DNA of 64,000 bases from a bacterium. GTDB taxonomy: Bacteria > JADJOY01. The stretch is from positions 1-64,000 of the forward strand of contig JAXLQJ010000039.1 of the NCBI GenBank assembly GCA_046331705.1, given 5' to 3'. Under the pieces are notes generated by a model that saw only the letters and a list, made by a program, of their open reading frames with translations, ran no database searches and had not been told where the DNA came from. Of this stretch, positions 9,785 to 21,062 are shown one piece after another. A program made the translations under genes and the position numbers. Each line of letters opens with the position of its first letter. Position 1 is the stretch's first letter.

Positions 9785-9899
9785 GTCCGTCCCGAGTTCC
9801 GCATGCCCCGAGCTCGGACTCGTCGTTACGGTTCGTACGGTGGAGCCAGGCGTGCGGCGCGCGTCGGCGCGCGCGATCCGATCCCGCGCGGTGCGCTGC

Positions 9900-10583
9900 T
9901 CACGCCTCGCCGCCCATGGGCTGGGACACCTGCAGGAGCATCTGGCTGACGCGCTCGGTGGCGGCCTCGATGCGGCGCCGCACGTCGACCTCCTCGAGGA
10001 AGGATTGGCGCGGCTCGGCGTCGGTGAGCACGGCCGCGCCCACCAGATCGGCGAGCCGACCGGGATCGCGTTCCGCCGCCGCCGCCCGCGACAGCGGCCG
10101 CGCGCTGCTGTCGGGCATGGCCGTGGCGAGATCCAGCACCAGGCGCTGAAGCGTGATCGCCATCGAGCCCAGCTGCTCGCGGTCCTGCGCGTGCACGACG
10201 TCCGGGATCCGTGCCGCCTGGATCTCCCGATACGCACGCGTGGCCGGATGCTCGTCGAGCATGCGCACGCGGAAGAGCCCGCGTAGCAAGATGTTGAAGC
10301 GGCCGTTCGAGAGCTTCTCGTCCTTCTCGATGTAGCCGACGCCCATCACCGGGAAGATCGGTGGGCGACCCTCGTAGTTCGTCTCCCAGCCCGGAGCCAG
10401 CGTCGCCACCGCGAGCACGCGGTCGCCCGCCAAGCAGTCGGCGGTCATCTCGCGATAGCGCGGCTCGAAGACGTGAAGCGGCAGATAGCCGGCGGGTACC
10501 AGCACCGAGCCGGGGAGCGGAAAGATCTTGAGGCGCTCGAGGGCGGCGAGCGCGGCTTCGTGCTCCGGGTCTGGCTTTCCCAT
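9900..10583 (-). CDS. LON peptidase substrate-binding (N-terminal) domain protein
   Basis: IFPLPGSVLVP..LPLHVFEPRYREM..DCL and GRFNILLRG..RVR; no ATPase or protease domain. Confidence 0.9.
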   Translation of the reverse strand: MGKPDPEHEAALAALERLKIFPLPGSVLVPAGYLPLHVFEPRYREMTADCLAGDRVLAVATLAPGWETNYEGRPPIFPVMGVGYIEKDEKLSNGRFNILLRGLFRVRMLDEHPATRAYREIQAARIPDVVHAQDREQLGSMAITLQRLVLDLATAMPDSSARPLSRAAAAERDPGRLADLVGAAVLTDAEPRQSFLEEVDVRRRIEAATERVSQMLLQVSQPMGGEA

Positions 10584-10624
10584 GGCGAATCCGTCTCGTG
10601 CGAGTGCAGTCGGGCGAACGGCGC

Positions 10625-10698
10625 ATTCTAGGCGGGCTCCTCCAGCCGGGAAAAGGGGCGCCGTCCTTCGAGCGAGGTCGGAAAGGGTCCGATATACT
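10625..10698. promoter_or_regulatory. divergent sigma70-like -10 elements (TAGAAT on minus for lon-N; TATACT on plus for aceE)
   Basis: ATTCTA at 10625-10630 and TATACT at 10693-10698 in an otherwise GC-rich spacer; -35 elements are weak. Confidence 0.45.
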
Positions 10699-10748
10699 TC
10701 GCCGGGATCACCGATCCGCCGTTCGCTCGATCCCCGCCGCGACGCCAC

Positions 10749-13430
10749 ATGACGAGTCAACCGCCGACTCCACCCGCGCCGGACGAGGAAGCACTCGAGA
10801 CGCGCGAGTGGCTGGCGTCGTTCGCGGAAGTGATCCAGCGCGCGGGCCCACGCTTCGCCGCCGAGCTGCTCAACGCGCTGGAAGAGCAGGCGTATCGCGC
10901 CGGCGTCGCGATCCCGTTCTCGGCCAACACTCCCTACATCAACACGATCCCGCGCGATCAGCAGCCGCGCTTCCCGGGTAGCCGCGAGATCGAGCGGCGC
11001 ATCAAGAGCTACGTGCGCTGGAACGCGATGGCGATGGTGGTGCGCGCCAATCGCGAGGAACCGGGGATCGGTGGGCACATCTCCACGTATGCGTCCGCCG
11101 CCACGTTGCTCGAGATCGGTTTCAATCATTTCTTTCGCGCGGCGCACGACGACGATTCCGGCGATCAGGTCTTCTTCCAGGGCCACTCGGCGCCGGGAAT
11201 CTACGCGCGCGCGTTTCTGGAAGGTCGGCTGGGGCCGGAGCAGCTCGCGAGCTTCCGGCGCGAGCTACGGCGCGGTGGCGGCCTGTCGTCGTACCCGCAT
11301 CCCTGGCTGATGCCGGATTTCTGGCAATTCCCCACGGTGTCGATGGGGCTCTCGCCGATCCAGGCGATCTATCAGGCGCGCTTCAATCGCTACCTCGAGG
11401 ACCGCGGTCTCAAGGACACGTCGCGCTCGCACGTGTGGTGCTTCGTCGGCGACGGCGAGAGCGACGAGCCGGAGACCCTGGGCGCGATCACGCTCGCCGC
11501 TCGCGAGGCGCTCGACAATCTCATCTTCGTCGTGAACTGCAACCTGCAGCGTCTCGACGGACCCGTGCGCGGCAACGGCAAGATCATCCAGGAGCTGGAG
11601 GCGGCCTTTCGCGGTGCCGGCTGGAACGTGATCAAGGTGATCTGGGGCGGCGACTGGGATCCGCTCTTGGCCCGTGACGCCGACGGCGAGCTGGTGCGCC
11701 GCATGGGCGAGGTCGTGGACGGCGAGTACCAGAAGTACAGCGTGGAGCCGGGTGCCTACACCCGCGAGCATTTCTTCGGGGTTTCGCCAGCGCTGCGAGC
11801 GCTCGTCGAGGACATGACGGACGAGCAGATCCGCCGCATGAAGCGCGGTGGACACGATCCCGAAAAGGTTTACGCGGCGTTCGACGCCGCCACGCGCCAC
11901 ACCGGCGCGCCGACGGTGATCCTCGCGAAGACCGTGAAGGGTTACGGCCTCGGGGAGGCCGGCGAGGGCCGCAACATCACCCATCAACAGAAGAAGCTGA
12001 ACGAAGAGGAGCTGCGCGAGTTTCGCACCCGCTTCGGCATCCCGATCTCCGACGAGGACGTCGCCAAGGCACCGTTCTATCGACCGCCCGACTCGAGCCC
12101 GGAGATGCACTATCTCCGCGAGCGCCGTGAAGCGCTGGGCGGCTATCTGCCTCGGCGTCGGGTCGCCGCGCCGCCGCTCGAGCCGCCGCCGCCGTCGCTC
12201 TTCACCGAGTTTCACGAGGGCACCAACGGCCGGGACGTCGCCACGACCATGGCCTTCGTGAAGATCCTGGCGAAGCTCCTGCGCGACAAGACGCTCGGCA
12301 AGCTGGTGGTGCCGATCGTGCCCGACGAGGCGCGCACCTTCGGCATGGAGTCGCTCTTTCGACAATGCGGCATCTATTCGCACGTCGGCCAGAAATACGA
12401 CCCCGTCGATTCCGACAGCCTGCTCTATTACCGCGAGGCCCGCGACGGGCAGATCCTCGAAGAGGGGATCACCGAGGCCGGCTCGATGGCGTCCTTCATC
12501 GCGGCGGGAACCGCGTACGCCACCCACGGCGTCAACACCATCCCGTTCTTCATCTTCTACTCGATGTTCGGCTTGCAGCGGATCGGCGACTCGATCTGGG
12601 CGGCCGGTGACATGCGCTGCCGGGGCTTCCTGATCGGCGGCACCTCCGGGCGCACCACGCTCGCCGGCGAGGGGCTCCAGCACCAGGACGGACACAGCCA
12701 CCTGCTCGCGTACGCGGTGCCCAACCTCGTGACCTACGACCCGGCGTTCGCGTACGAGATCGCCGTGATCGTCGAGGACGGCATTCGGCGCATGTACGTC
12801 GATCAGGAGAGCGTCTTCTACTACGTCACCGTCACCAACGAGCCCTATCCGATGCCGCCGATGCCCGAAGGCGCGCGCGACGGCATCTTGAAGGGCATGT
12901 ATCTGTTCCGGCCGGCGGCGAACGGTGCGAACGGCCGGCGCGCGCAGCTCTTGGGTAGCGGCGCGATCTTGAAGGAAGTGCTGGAGGCGCAGGTGATCCT
13001 GGCCGAGCGCTATCAAGTGGCGGCGGACGTGTGGAGCGTGACGAGCTGGAAGGAGCTGCGTCGCGAGGCGCTCGCCACCGAACGCTGGAACCTCCTTCAT
13101 CCGGCGGACTCGGCGCGTCGGCCCTACGTGAGCGAGTGCCTGGGATCGCGTCCCGGTCCGATCGTGGCCGCATCCGACTACGTGAAGGCGTTGCCGGACT
13201 CGCTCTCGCGGTGGGCGCCGCGTCCGATCGTATCCCTCGGCACCGACGGCTTCGGGCGCAGCGACGGGCGCCGCGCGCTGCGCGATTTCTTCGAGGTCGA
13301 CGCGCGCTGGATCACCGTCGCCACGTTGAGCGCGTTGCTGCGCGATGGCCAGGTACCGTTCGAGACCGTCGCCAAGGCCATCAACGATCTCGGCATCGAC
13401 CCGTCCAAGCCCGATCCGGTGACGACGTGA
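10749..13430 (+). CDS. aceE: pyruvate dehydrogenase E1, homodimeric
   Basis: ETREW, TPYINTIP, GGHISTYAS, QFPTVSMGL, GDGESDEPE...VNCNLQRLDGPV (TPP binding), GEGLQHQDGHS. Confidence 0.98.
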   Translation: MTSQPPTPPAPDEEALETREWLASFAEVIQRAGPRFAAELLNALEEQAYRAGVAIPFSANTPYINTIPRDQQPRFPGSREIERRIKSYVRWNAMAMVVRANREEPGIGGHISTYASAATLLEIGFNHFFRAAHDDDSGDQVFFQGHSAPGIYARAFLEGRLGPEQLASFRRELRRGGGLSSYPHPWLMPDFWQFPTVSMGLSPIQAIYQARFNRYLEDRGLKDTSRSHVWCFVGDGESDEPETLGAITLAAREALDNLIFVVNCNLQRLDGPVRGNGKIIQELEAAFRGAGWNVIKVIWGGDWDPLLARDADGELVRRMGEVVDGEYQKYSVEPGAYTREHFFGVSPALRALVEDMTDEQIRRMKRGGHDPEKVYAAFDAATRHTGAPTVILAKTVKGYGLGEAGEGRNITHQQKKLNEEELREFRTRFGIPISDEDVAKAPFYRPPDSSPEMHYLRERREALGGYLPRRRVAAPPLEPPPPSLFTEFHEGTNGRDVATTMAFVKILAKLLRDKTLGKLVVPIVPDEARTFGMESLFRQCGIYSHVGQKYDPVDSDSLLYYREARDGQILEEGITEAGSMASFIAAGTAYATHGVNTIPFFIFYSMFGLQRIGDSIWAAGDMRCRGFLIGGTSGRTTLAGEGLQHQDGHSHLLAYAVPNLVTYDPAFAYEIAVIVEDGIRRMYVDQESVFYYVTVTNEPYPMPPMPEGARDGILKGMYLFRPAANGANGRRAQLLGSGAILKEVLEAQVILAERYQVAADVWSVTSWKELRREALATERWNLLHPADSARRPYVSECLGSRPGPIVAASDYVKALPDSLSRWAPRPIVSLGTDGFGRSDGRRALRDFFEVDARWITVATLSALLRDGQVPFETVAKAINDLGIDPSKPDPVTT

Positions 13431-13581
13431 CCGAGGGGCTCACCGGAAGCGCCGCCCGCGCGCTTGGCCGTCGATCTGGGAGCTGCGGTTTGCGCGCAGC
13501 AGCCATCCCTCCGTTGACCGCGCGACAGGCAGGCGCTCCGACCGCCTCGGTCCGCACATGGAACTTCCCGGAGACGTTCGC

Positions 13582-15000
13582 ATGCCCATCGAAGTGAAGC
13601 TCCCCGAGCTGGGCGAGAACGTCACCTCCGGCCAGGTGGTGCGCGTTCTGGTCGCGGTCGGCGACACGATCGAGAAGGACCAATCGATCCTCGAGTTGGA
13701 GACCGACAAGGCCGCCATCGAGGTCCCCGCGAGCGTGGCGGGCGTCGTGAAGGCCGTCCACGTCCGCGTGGGTGACGTCGTGCAGGTTGGCCAGCCGCTG
13801 CTGACGCTGGATGGGGCCGAGCTTGCAGCGCCTTCGGCCGCCAAGCCGATCGCGCCCGTCGCGACTCCAGCGCCCCCGCCGCCGCCCCCGCGGTCCGCGC
13901 CGCCCCCACCCCCGGCATCACCTCCGCCCGCGGCACCGCCGCCGCCCGTCGCAGCGCCTGCGCCTCCTCCATCGCCGCCCGATGCCGCAGCGGCGCCCCC
14001 GGCGGTCGCATCGCCCATGACGGTGGTGCCCGCGCCCGTGGTGCCAGCCACGAGTGCCGCGCCGCCGCGCGTCGTGCCCGCGGCGCCCTCGGTGCGGCTC
14101 CTGGCGCGCGAGCTCGGGATCGACGTGAACGAGGTGGCTGGCTCGGGGCCGGCGGGCCGTGTCTCGCACGAGGACGTGAAGGCTCACGCGCGCCGCCTGT
14201 TGACCCGTGGCGTCGCGGCGCCACGCGCGGCGCCGACCGCCGCCGACGCAGCGAGCGCCACGGGCGCGCCAGCGCTTCCCGATTTCACCGAGTGGGGCGA
14301 GGTCGAGCGCCGCAGCATGAGCAACGTGCGGCGCCTCACCGCCGAGCGCATGAGCAAGGCGTGGTCGGTGATCCCGCAGGTGACCCAATTCGACCACGCC
14401 GACGTGACCGAGCTGGAGACGCTGCGTCGGCGCTTCGTCGAGGCGCACAAGGCGCGGGGAATCCGCCTCACGCTCACACCGATCATTCTCAAGGCCGCGT
14501 CCGTGGCGTTGATCGAGATGCCCGAGCTCAACGCCAGCCTGGACATGGACCGGCAGGAGATCGTGCTGAAGAAGTACCGCCACATCGCGGTGGCGGTGGA
14601 CACCGAGCGCGGGCTGCTCGCGCCCGTGGTGCGCGATGTCGACAAGAAGACCGTGCTGGCGCTGGCCCTCGAGGTCGAGGACATCGCCCGGCGCGCCCGC
14701 GACAAGAAGATCCAGGTCAGCGAGCTGCGCGGCGCCACGTTCACCGTCACCAACCTGGGCGGGATCGGCGGCACCGCCTTCTCGCCGATCGTGAATCATC
14801 CCGAGGTGGCGGTGCTCGGAGTCGCGCGTAGCGAATGGGCGCCGCGCTTCCAGAGCGGCGCCTTCGTGCCGAGGCTCATGTTGCCGCTCGCGCTTTCCTA
14901 CGATCACCGCTTGGTCGACGGTGCCGACGGTGCCAGGTTCCTGCGTCGGGTGGCGGCGCTCCTCGAAGATCCGCTCACACTGCTCCTCGATCCAGCGTGA
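13582..15000 (+). CDS. aceF: dihydrolipoamide acetyltransferase (PDH E2), single lipoyl domain
   Basis: Lipoyl ELETDKAAIEVP; Pro/Ala linker; E3-binding AAPSVRLLARELGID..GSGPAGRV; catalytic YDHRLVDGA. Confidence 0.96.
   Translation: MPIEVKLPELGENVTSGQVVRVLVAVGDTIEKDQSILELETDKAAIEVPASVAGVVKAVHVRVGDVVQVGQPLLTLDGAELAAPSAAKPIAPVATPAPPPPPPRSAPPPPPASPPPAAPPPPVAAPAPPPSPPDAAAAPPAVASPMTVVPAPVVPATSAAPPRVVPAAPSVRLLARELGIDVNEVAGSGPAGRVSHEDVKAHARRLLTRGVAAPRAAPTAADAASATGAPALPDFTEWGEVERRSMSNVRRLTAERMSKAWSVIPQVTQFDHADVTELETLRRRFVEAHKARGIRLTLTPIILKAASVALIEMPELNASLDMDRQEIVLKKYRHIAVAVDTERGLLAPVVRDVDKKTVLALALEVEDIARRARDKKIQVSELRGATFTVTNLGGIGGTAFSPIVNHPEVAVLGVARSEWAPRFQSGAFVPRLMLPLALSYDHRLVDGADGARFLRRVAALLEDPLTLLLDPA
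13825..14075 (+). repeat. low-complexity Pro/Ala linker coding region within E2
   Basis: APPPPPPRSAPPPPPASPPPAAPPPP encoded by CCG/CCC runs. Confidence 0.8.
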
Positions 15001-15049
15001 GCGGCCGAGCCCGCACCGCCGCCACGACACGAAAGCGACGCAGCCGACC

Positions 15050-16495
15050 ATGAGCACCGAGCGCGTGGACGTGGTGGTGATCGGCGGCGGGCCGGGCGGC
15101 TACGCCGCCGCGTTTCGCGCCGCGGACCTGGGCCTCGCCGTCGCGCTCATCGACGCCGATCCGCGCCTCGGCGGCGTGTGCGTCAATCGCGGCTGCATCC
15201 CGTCGAAGGCGCTCTTGCACCAGGCGGCGCTGATTCATGCGACGCGCGAGGCCGGATCGCACGGTGTGAGCTTCGCCGCTCCCTCGATCGACCTCGAGCG
15301 CCTGCGCGCCTGGAAGGACGACGTCGTCGCCAAGCTCGGCAACGGAGTCGGCGACCACGCGCGGCGCCGCAAGGTGCGCTACCTGCGGGCGCGTGGGCGT
15401 TTCGTCTCGTCGAGCGAGGTGGAGATCGAGCCGCTGGCGGGCGACGAGACCGTCGCTCGAGGGCGGTTGGGCTTCGGCCACGCGATCGTGGCGACGGGCT
15501 CGCTGCCTGTCCTTCCGCGGATCTTCCAGGTGGGCGACCCGCGCGTGATGGATTCGACGGGCGGCTTGGAGCTGGCGGACGTTCCCGCGCGGTTGCTGGT
15601 CGTCGGCGGCGGTTACATCGGCCTCGAGCTGGGCACGGTGTACGCGGCGCTCGGCTCGGCGGTGAGCGTGGTCGAGAAGCTCGACGGGCTGCTGCCCGGC
15701 GTCGATCGAGACCTGGTGCGCGTGCTCGAGAAGAAGGTCGCGGCGATCTTCGCGTCGGTGCAGCCATCCACCGAGGTCGTGGCGATCGACCCTCGCCGTG
15801 AAGGCATCGGCGTTCGGCTGAAGCGCGCCGACGGCACGGCCGTCGAGGATGTCTTCGATCGGGTGTTGGTGGCCGTGGGTCGCCGACCGAACGCCGAGGG
15901 GCTCGGCCTCGAGACCACCGCGGTCGCTCGCGACGAGCGCGGTTTCATCCGCGTCGACGAGCAGCGGCGCAGCGCCGACCCGCGCATCTACGCCATCGGC
16001 GACGTCGCGGGCGAGCCGATGCTCGCCCACAAGGCGGCGCACGAGGGGAAGGTGGCCGCGGAGGCGATCGCCGGGCATCCGGCCGCCTTCGATCCCCGCG
16101 CGATTCCCGCCGTGGTCTTCACCGACCCCGAGATCGCGTGGTGCGGCCTCACCGAGAGCCAGGCCAAGCGCGACGGACGCGCGGTGGAAGTGCTGCGCAT
16201 GCCGTGGGGCGGCTGGGGCAGGGCGCTCACCCTCGGGCGTCCCGACGGCGCGACCAAGCTCGTGGTCGACCCCGAGACCGAGCAGGTGCTCGGCATGGGT
16301 GTCGTGGGCGCGGGAGCGGGCGAGCTCATCGCGGAGGGTTGCCTCGCCATCGAGATGGGCGCCGTGGTTCGGGACTTGGCGGAGACCATCCATCCCCACC
16401 CGACGCTTTCGGAGACGGTGTCCGAGGTCGCGGAGTCCTTCTTCGGCACCGCCACCCACTTCGTCCGTCCCCGCCGCGATCGACCGAAGGTCTAG
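15050..16495 (+). CDS. lpdA: dihydrolipoyl dehydrogenase (E3)
   Basis: GGGPGGY, LGGVCVNRGCIPSK, GGGYIGLE, MLAHKA, IHPHPTLSE. Confidence 0.97.
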   Translation: MSTERVDVVVIGGGPGGYAAAFRAADLGLAVALIDADPRLGGVCVNRGCIPSKALLHQAALIHATREAGSHGVSFAAPSIDLERLRAWKDDVVAKLGNGVGDHARRRKVRYLRARGRFVSSSEVEIEPLAGDETVARGRLGFGHAIVATGSLPVLPRIFQVGDPRVMDSTGGLELADVPARLLVVGGGYIGLELGTVYAALGSAVSVVEKLDGLLPGVDRDLVRVLEKKVAAIFASVQPSTEVVAIDPRREGIGVRLKRADGTAVEDVFDRVLVAVGRRPNAEGLGLETTAVARDERGFIRVDEQRRSADPRIYAIGDVAGEPMLAHKAAHEGKVAAEAIAGHPAAFDPRAIPAVVFTDPEIAWCGLTESQAKRDGRAVEVLRMPWGGWGRALTLGRPDGATKLVVDPETEQVLGMGVVGAGAGELIAEGCLAIEMGAVVRDLAETIHPHPTLSETVSEVAESFFGTATHFVRPRRDRPKV

Positions 16496-16627
16496 GAGCC
16501 CGTTGCCCGTTGGGCTTCGCAGCGCGCCAGGCTCCTCGCACCAGGTTCGCTCGGGGGGCGGGTCCAGACCCCGCTTCTCGATCGTCTCCGTGGCTTTCGG
16601 GGGCCGAGACAAGGCCCGAGACCGCGG

Positions 16628-16657
16628 TTGAAGGCGAAAACGGCGCTGTGTTACCGT
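16628..16657 (+). promoter_or_regulatory. putative sigma70 promoter for the TPR-DUF4388-phoH operon
   Basis: TTGAAG-18 nt-TACCGT with a TGn extension. Confidence 0.4.
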
Positions 16658-16779
16658 CCGGCGCGCGTCCGCGCGCCCACGCGTCGCGGATTCCCTCGCG
16701 ATTTCAGGGGGAAAGCGCCGTCTCCGCTGGCGGAGGCGAGGCACGAGAAGAGGGTAGGATCTCTCGCCGCGTGAAGCCG

Positions 16780-18861
16780 ATGGCCCCGATCGACGGTGCC
16801 CCCGCGATCGTCCGAGCGAAGGCCCAGCGGCGCCGGCTCGCGCTGAACCGACGAGCGTTTCCCTCGATCGTGGTGCTCGCGCTGGCGCTCGTCGGCGTCG
16901 GGCGGGGCGCCGCACAGACGGAGGGCACGCACGATCTGCCGACGCTCACGGGCGACGCGCTGCTCGAATCGCCCGAGTCGCGCCCGCCGTTCGTCGAGCC
17001 CGCGAAGCCCCGCCAACCCCCGGCGTGGCGCGGGGTGGGCGCCTTGCCGCGGGCACCGGCAGACGTCCGGATCGAGATCGAGAAGCTCTGGGATCGGCGC
17101 CGGCAAGCCCTCAGCGAGGCATCGCCCACGGCGGACTCGCTGCTCGACAAGATCTACGATCTGGCGCTCGGCAGCGGTCAGCAGCAGCTGCCGGTGCTGG
17201 CGGCGGCGCTGCTGCGCGAGGCGGCCGCCGACCTCGATCGCGGCGATCTCGAGCAAGCCGACGCCCGCGTGCAGGCCGCGCGCCGCGTGGCACCCGAGCT
17301 GCCGCAGACCCGCTTCGCGCGCGCCGAGGTCTTGCTGCGCAGTGGGCCCGAGCACTGGAACGAGGCGCTGCGCGAGCTGAGCGACGGCCTCGAGGTTCTC
17401 GAGGGCAGCCTCGCGGAGCGCACGCGCTTCCAGGCGACGGCGCTCTTCTACGCGACGCTCGTCGGTCTCGCCATCGTGGTGATCTTCCCGCTCATCGTGG
17501 TCTGCCGTCATCGCCGGCGGCTCACGCACGCGCTCGAGCATCGCTTGCCGAGCTGGTGGTCGCGCACCTTGCTCGTGACGGCCTGGCTCCCCGTGCTGGC
17601 GGCGATGCTCAGGCTTCACATCGGCCTCGGTTGGATGGCGCTGGTGTTGCTGGTGGGGGTCTGGCTCGCCGGTGACGGCCGCGAGCGGATCGTGGGCGCG
17701 TTGCTGGGGCTCTTGCTGGTGCTCGCTCCGTGGGCGGTGACGGCGCTCGCCGATCGCATCACGGTGCACCGCCTGGCGCTCGAGGACCCGGTGGTGCGCG
17801 CGCAGACCGAGAGCTACGCGCCCGCGCTCGTCGAGGCGTTGGTGGCCGAGGTGAAGGCGCGAGGCGAGTCCGTCGAGCCGCTCGCCGCGTTGGCGTTGCT
17901 GACGCAGCGCGCGGGTCAGCTCGACTTCGCGGAGGCGGCCTGGCGACGGGTGTTGTCGCTCGATCCCGATGCCGCGTGGGTGCACAACAACCTGGGCATC
18001 GTGCTCTTCCACGCCGGCCACGAGCAGGAGGCGATGGCCGAGCTGCGCCGCGCGATCGACCTCGATCCGAGCCTCGCGGAGGCGCATCTCAACGAGAGCC
18101 AGGTGTTGCGCCAGAACTTCGTGCTGATGCCGAGCCAGGACGCGTTCGCGCGCGCGCAAGCGATCGATCCGCTGCGCGTGAACGCGTTCCACGTCACGAG
18201 CGCCCGCGGTCTCAATCGCTTCCTGCTCGACGCGCCGCTGCCGCGGGCGCGGCTCGAGGCGCGGCTCACGGCCGATCCCCAGGCTCGCGCACGGCTCGCC
18301 GACTCGTTGTGGAGCTCGCTGGTGCGCGGCGTGCCGCGCAGCGCCTTTCCCGTGCTCGTGATCGTCCTGGGGCTCGTCACCACGTTCGCCATCCGTCGCA
18401 GCGCGACCTCGGCGCCGGTGCCGCCGGCCTGCTCGCGCTGCGGCGCACCGTTCTGCGCCGTGTGCGGAGTGCGCGCGGCGATGGGTTCCGAGTGCGAGGG
18501 CTGTCTGTCGCTGGCGCTCGGCAACCCGATCCTCGACCCGGTGTTCAAGCAGGAGCGGCGCCAGACCGTGGAGCGCGAACGGCGCAAGCTGCGCTGGTGG
18601 GCGCGCGCGCTCGGCCTCGTCTTGCCTGGCGGTGGCCACGTGCTGATGGGACGCACGCTCGGCGGCTTCGCGATCCTGGCCCTCGCGATCACCGGCGCCC
18701 TGGTCGCGTTGCTCGGCTCGGGCATCGTTCCGCCCACCGCGGCCGTGTGGGGCGGGCCGGTGGCGCTGGGATCGCACGTGATCGTGGCGGCGCTCGCCGC
18801 GCTGTGGCTGATCGCCAACCTGCATCTCTTCGTGGCGTCGAGCCGCGATCTCAAGGTGTGA
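16780..18861 (+). CDS. TPR-repeat membrane protein with C-terminal Cys-rich zinc-finger and TM segments
   Basis: Signal-like N-terminus, TPR motifs (AWVHNNLGIVL, AEAHLN), TM bundle, CSRC..FCAVC...CEGC, LPGGGH; start uncertain. Confidence 0.85.
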   Translation: MAPIDGAPAIVRAKAQRRRLALNRRAFPSIVVLALALVGVGRGAAQTEGTHDLPTLTGDALLESPESRPPFVEPAKPRQPPAWRGVGALPRAPADVRIEIEKLWDRRRQALSEASPTADSLLDKIYDLALGSGQQQLPVLAAALLREAAADLDRGDLEQADARVQAARRVAPELPQTRFARAEVLLRSGPEHWNEALRELSDGLEVLEGSLAERTRFQATALFYATLVGLAIVVIFPLIVVCRHRRRLTHALEHRLPSWWSRTLLVTAWLPVLAAMLRLHIGLGWMALVLLVGVWLAGDGRERIVGALLGLLLVLAPWAVTALADRITVHRLALEDPVVRAQTESYAPALVEALVAEVKARGESVEPLAALALLTQRAGQLDFAEAAWRRVLSLDPDAAWVHNNLGIVLFHAGHEQEAMAELRRAIDLDPSLAEAHLNESQVLRQNFVLMPSQDAFARAQAIDPLRVNAFHVTSARGLNRFLLDAPLPRARLEARLTADPQARARLADSLWSSLVRGVPRSAFPVLVIVLGLVTTFAIRRSATSAPVPPACSRCGAPFCAVCGVRAAMGSECEGCLSLALGNPILDPVFKQERRQTVERERRKLRWWARALGLVLPGGGHVLMGRTLGGFAILALAITGALVALLGSGIVPPTAAVWGGPVALGSHVIVAALAALWLIANLHLFVASSRDLKV

Positions 18862-18862
18862 C

Positions 18863-20008
18863 GTGTCGATCCGAGGCGAGCTCACCGAGCTGGACGTGCC
18901 TGGGCTGATGCAGCTCATCGCCACCCACGGCAAGACCGGCACGCTCGCGGTGCAGGATCCCGACGACCACGAGGTCCACGTGCTCTTCGAGGCGGGCGAC
19001 ATCGTGGGAGCGCTGGTGCCGGAGCGCGGCGAGGCGCATCGGGTGGGCGAGCTGCTCGTCAAGGCCGAGGTGCTGGCACCCGAGGATCTCGAGTGGGCGC
19101 TCCGCGAGCAGAAGCTGCGCGGGGTGCGGCTCGGCGATCTGCTGGTCGCCGAAGGCAAGATCGCCAAGCAAGACCTCGCCGACATCCTGCGCGTCCAGAT
19201 CTACGAGACCGTGTTCCGGGTCTTCACCTGGCGGCAGGGCAAGTTCGAGTTCCGCGCCGGCGCGCCCGAGTTCGAGCGTGGCCTGGTGGGGCCGATCAAG
19301 ACCGACCATCTGCTGATGGACAGCTTCCGGATGGTCGACGAGTGGCCCCAGATCAAGAAATGGGTGCCGAGCTTCGACCGCATCGTCGAGAAGACCGAGA
19401 TCGGCGAGAAGGTGCGGCGTCCGCTCACGCCCCGCGGCGGCGAGCCGGGGGGCGGTCTCAGCGACGCCGAATGGCTGATGCTCGATCTCGCCGCCGAGCA
19501 CCTGAGCGTGCAGCGCGCCATCTACCGCTCGCGCATCGGCGAGTTCGAGGCGTGCAAGGCGCTCAAGGGCTTGCAGGAGAAGGGGCTGGTCCGGCTCGTG
19601 GTCGCGGGCGAGGCCCTCACCAAGCGCTTGATCGTCGGCCAGCGGCGGATCCTGAACGCGGGCGTGGCGCTCGCGGCCCTCAACGTCGGGCTCATCCTCG
19701 CGTTCCTCGTGACGGCGGGGGCGCTGCTCGCGCCGGTGCTGGCCGAGACCGGCGCCGGGCGTGCGCTCGAGCTGGTGCTGGGTCCGGACGAGGAGGGGCT
19801 CGCCCGTGCGATCGTCGATGGACGCGCGCGAGCGGTGACCGAGGCGCTGGCGCTCTACAAGGCCGAGCACGGGAAGTTCCCCGACGACTTGACCGCGCTG
19901 GTTCGCGATGGGCTCGCGTCGGGGATCGACCTCGAGCTCGCGCAGCGCAGCTATCGTTATGCCGGCCCCGAGGCCGGCGCGCTGGTCCCGAACCCGCCGG
20001 GCTCGTGA
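18863..20008 (+). CDS. DUF4388 (PatA-N-like) protein with MshEN-like tandem motif, TM helix and GspG-like C-terminus
   Basis: RGELTELDVPGLMQLI...KTGTL, W..GKFEF, LLMD..R..DEW; C-terminal ALALYKAEHGKFPDDLTALV..G. Confidence 0.85.
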   Translation: MSIRGELTELDVPGLMQLIATHGKTGTLAVQDPDDHEVHVLFEAGDIVGALVPERGEAHRVGELLVKAEVLAPEDLEWALREQKLRGVRLGDLLVAEGKIAKQDLADILRVQIYETVFRVFTWRQGKFEFRAGAPEFERGLVGPIKTDHLLMDSFRMVDEWPQIKKWVPSFDRIVEKTEIGEKVRRPLTPRGGEPGGGLSDAEWLMLDLAAEHLSVQRAIYRSRIGEFEACKALKGLQEKGLVRLVVAGEALTKRLIVGQRRILNAGVALAALNVGLILAFLVTAGALLAPVLAETGAGRALELVLGPDEEGLARAIVDGRARAVTEALALYKAEHGKFPDDLTALVRDGLASGIDLELAQRSYRYAGPEAGALVPNPPGS

Positions 20009-20030
20009 TCATGGCGAGCGAGCAACTTCC

Positions 20031-21058
<1,028 letters not shown>

Positions 21059-21062
<4 letters not shown>

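Noticed and set aside
13825-14075. CCG-rich repeat as a possible VNTR or novel element
   Set aside because: Explained by the normal Pro/Ala linker of PDH E2
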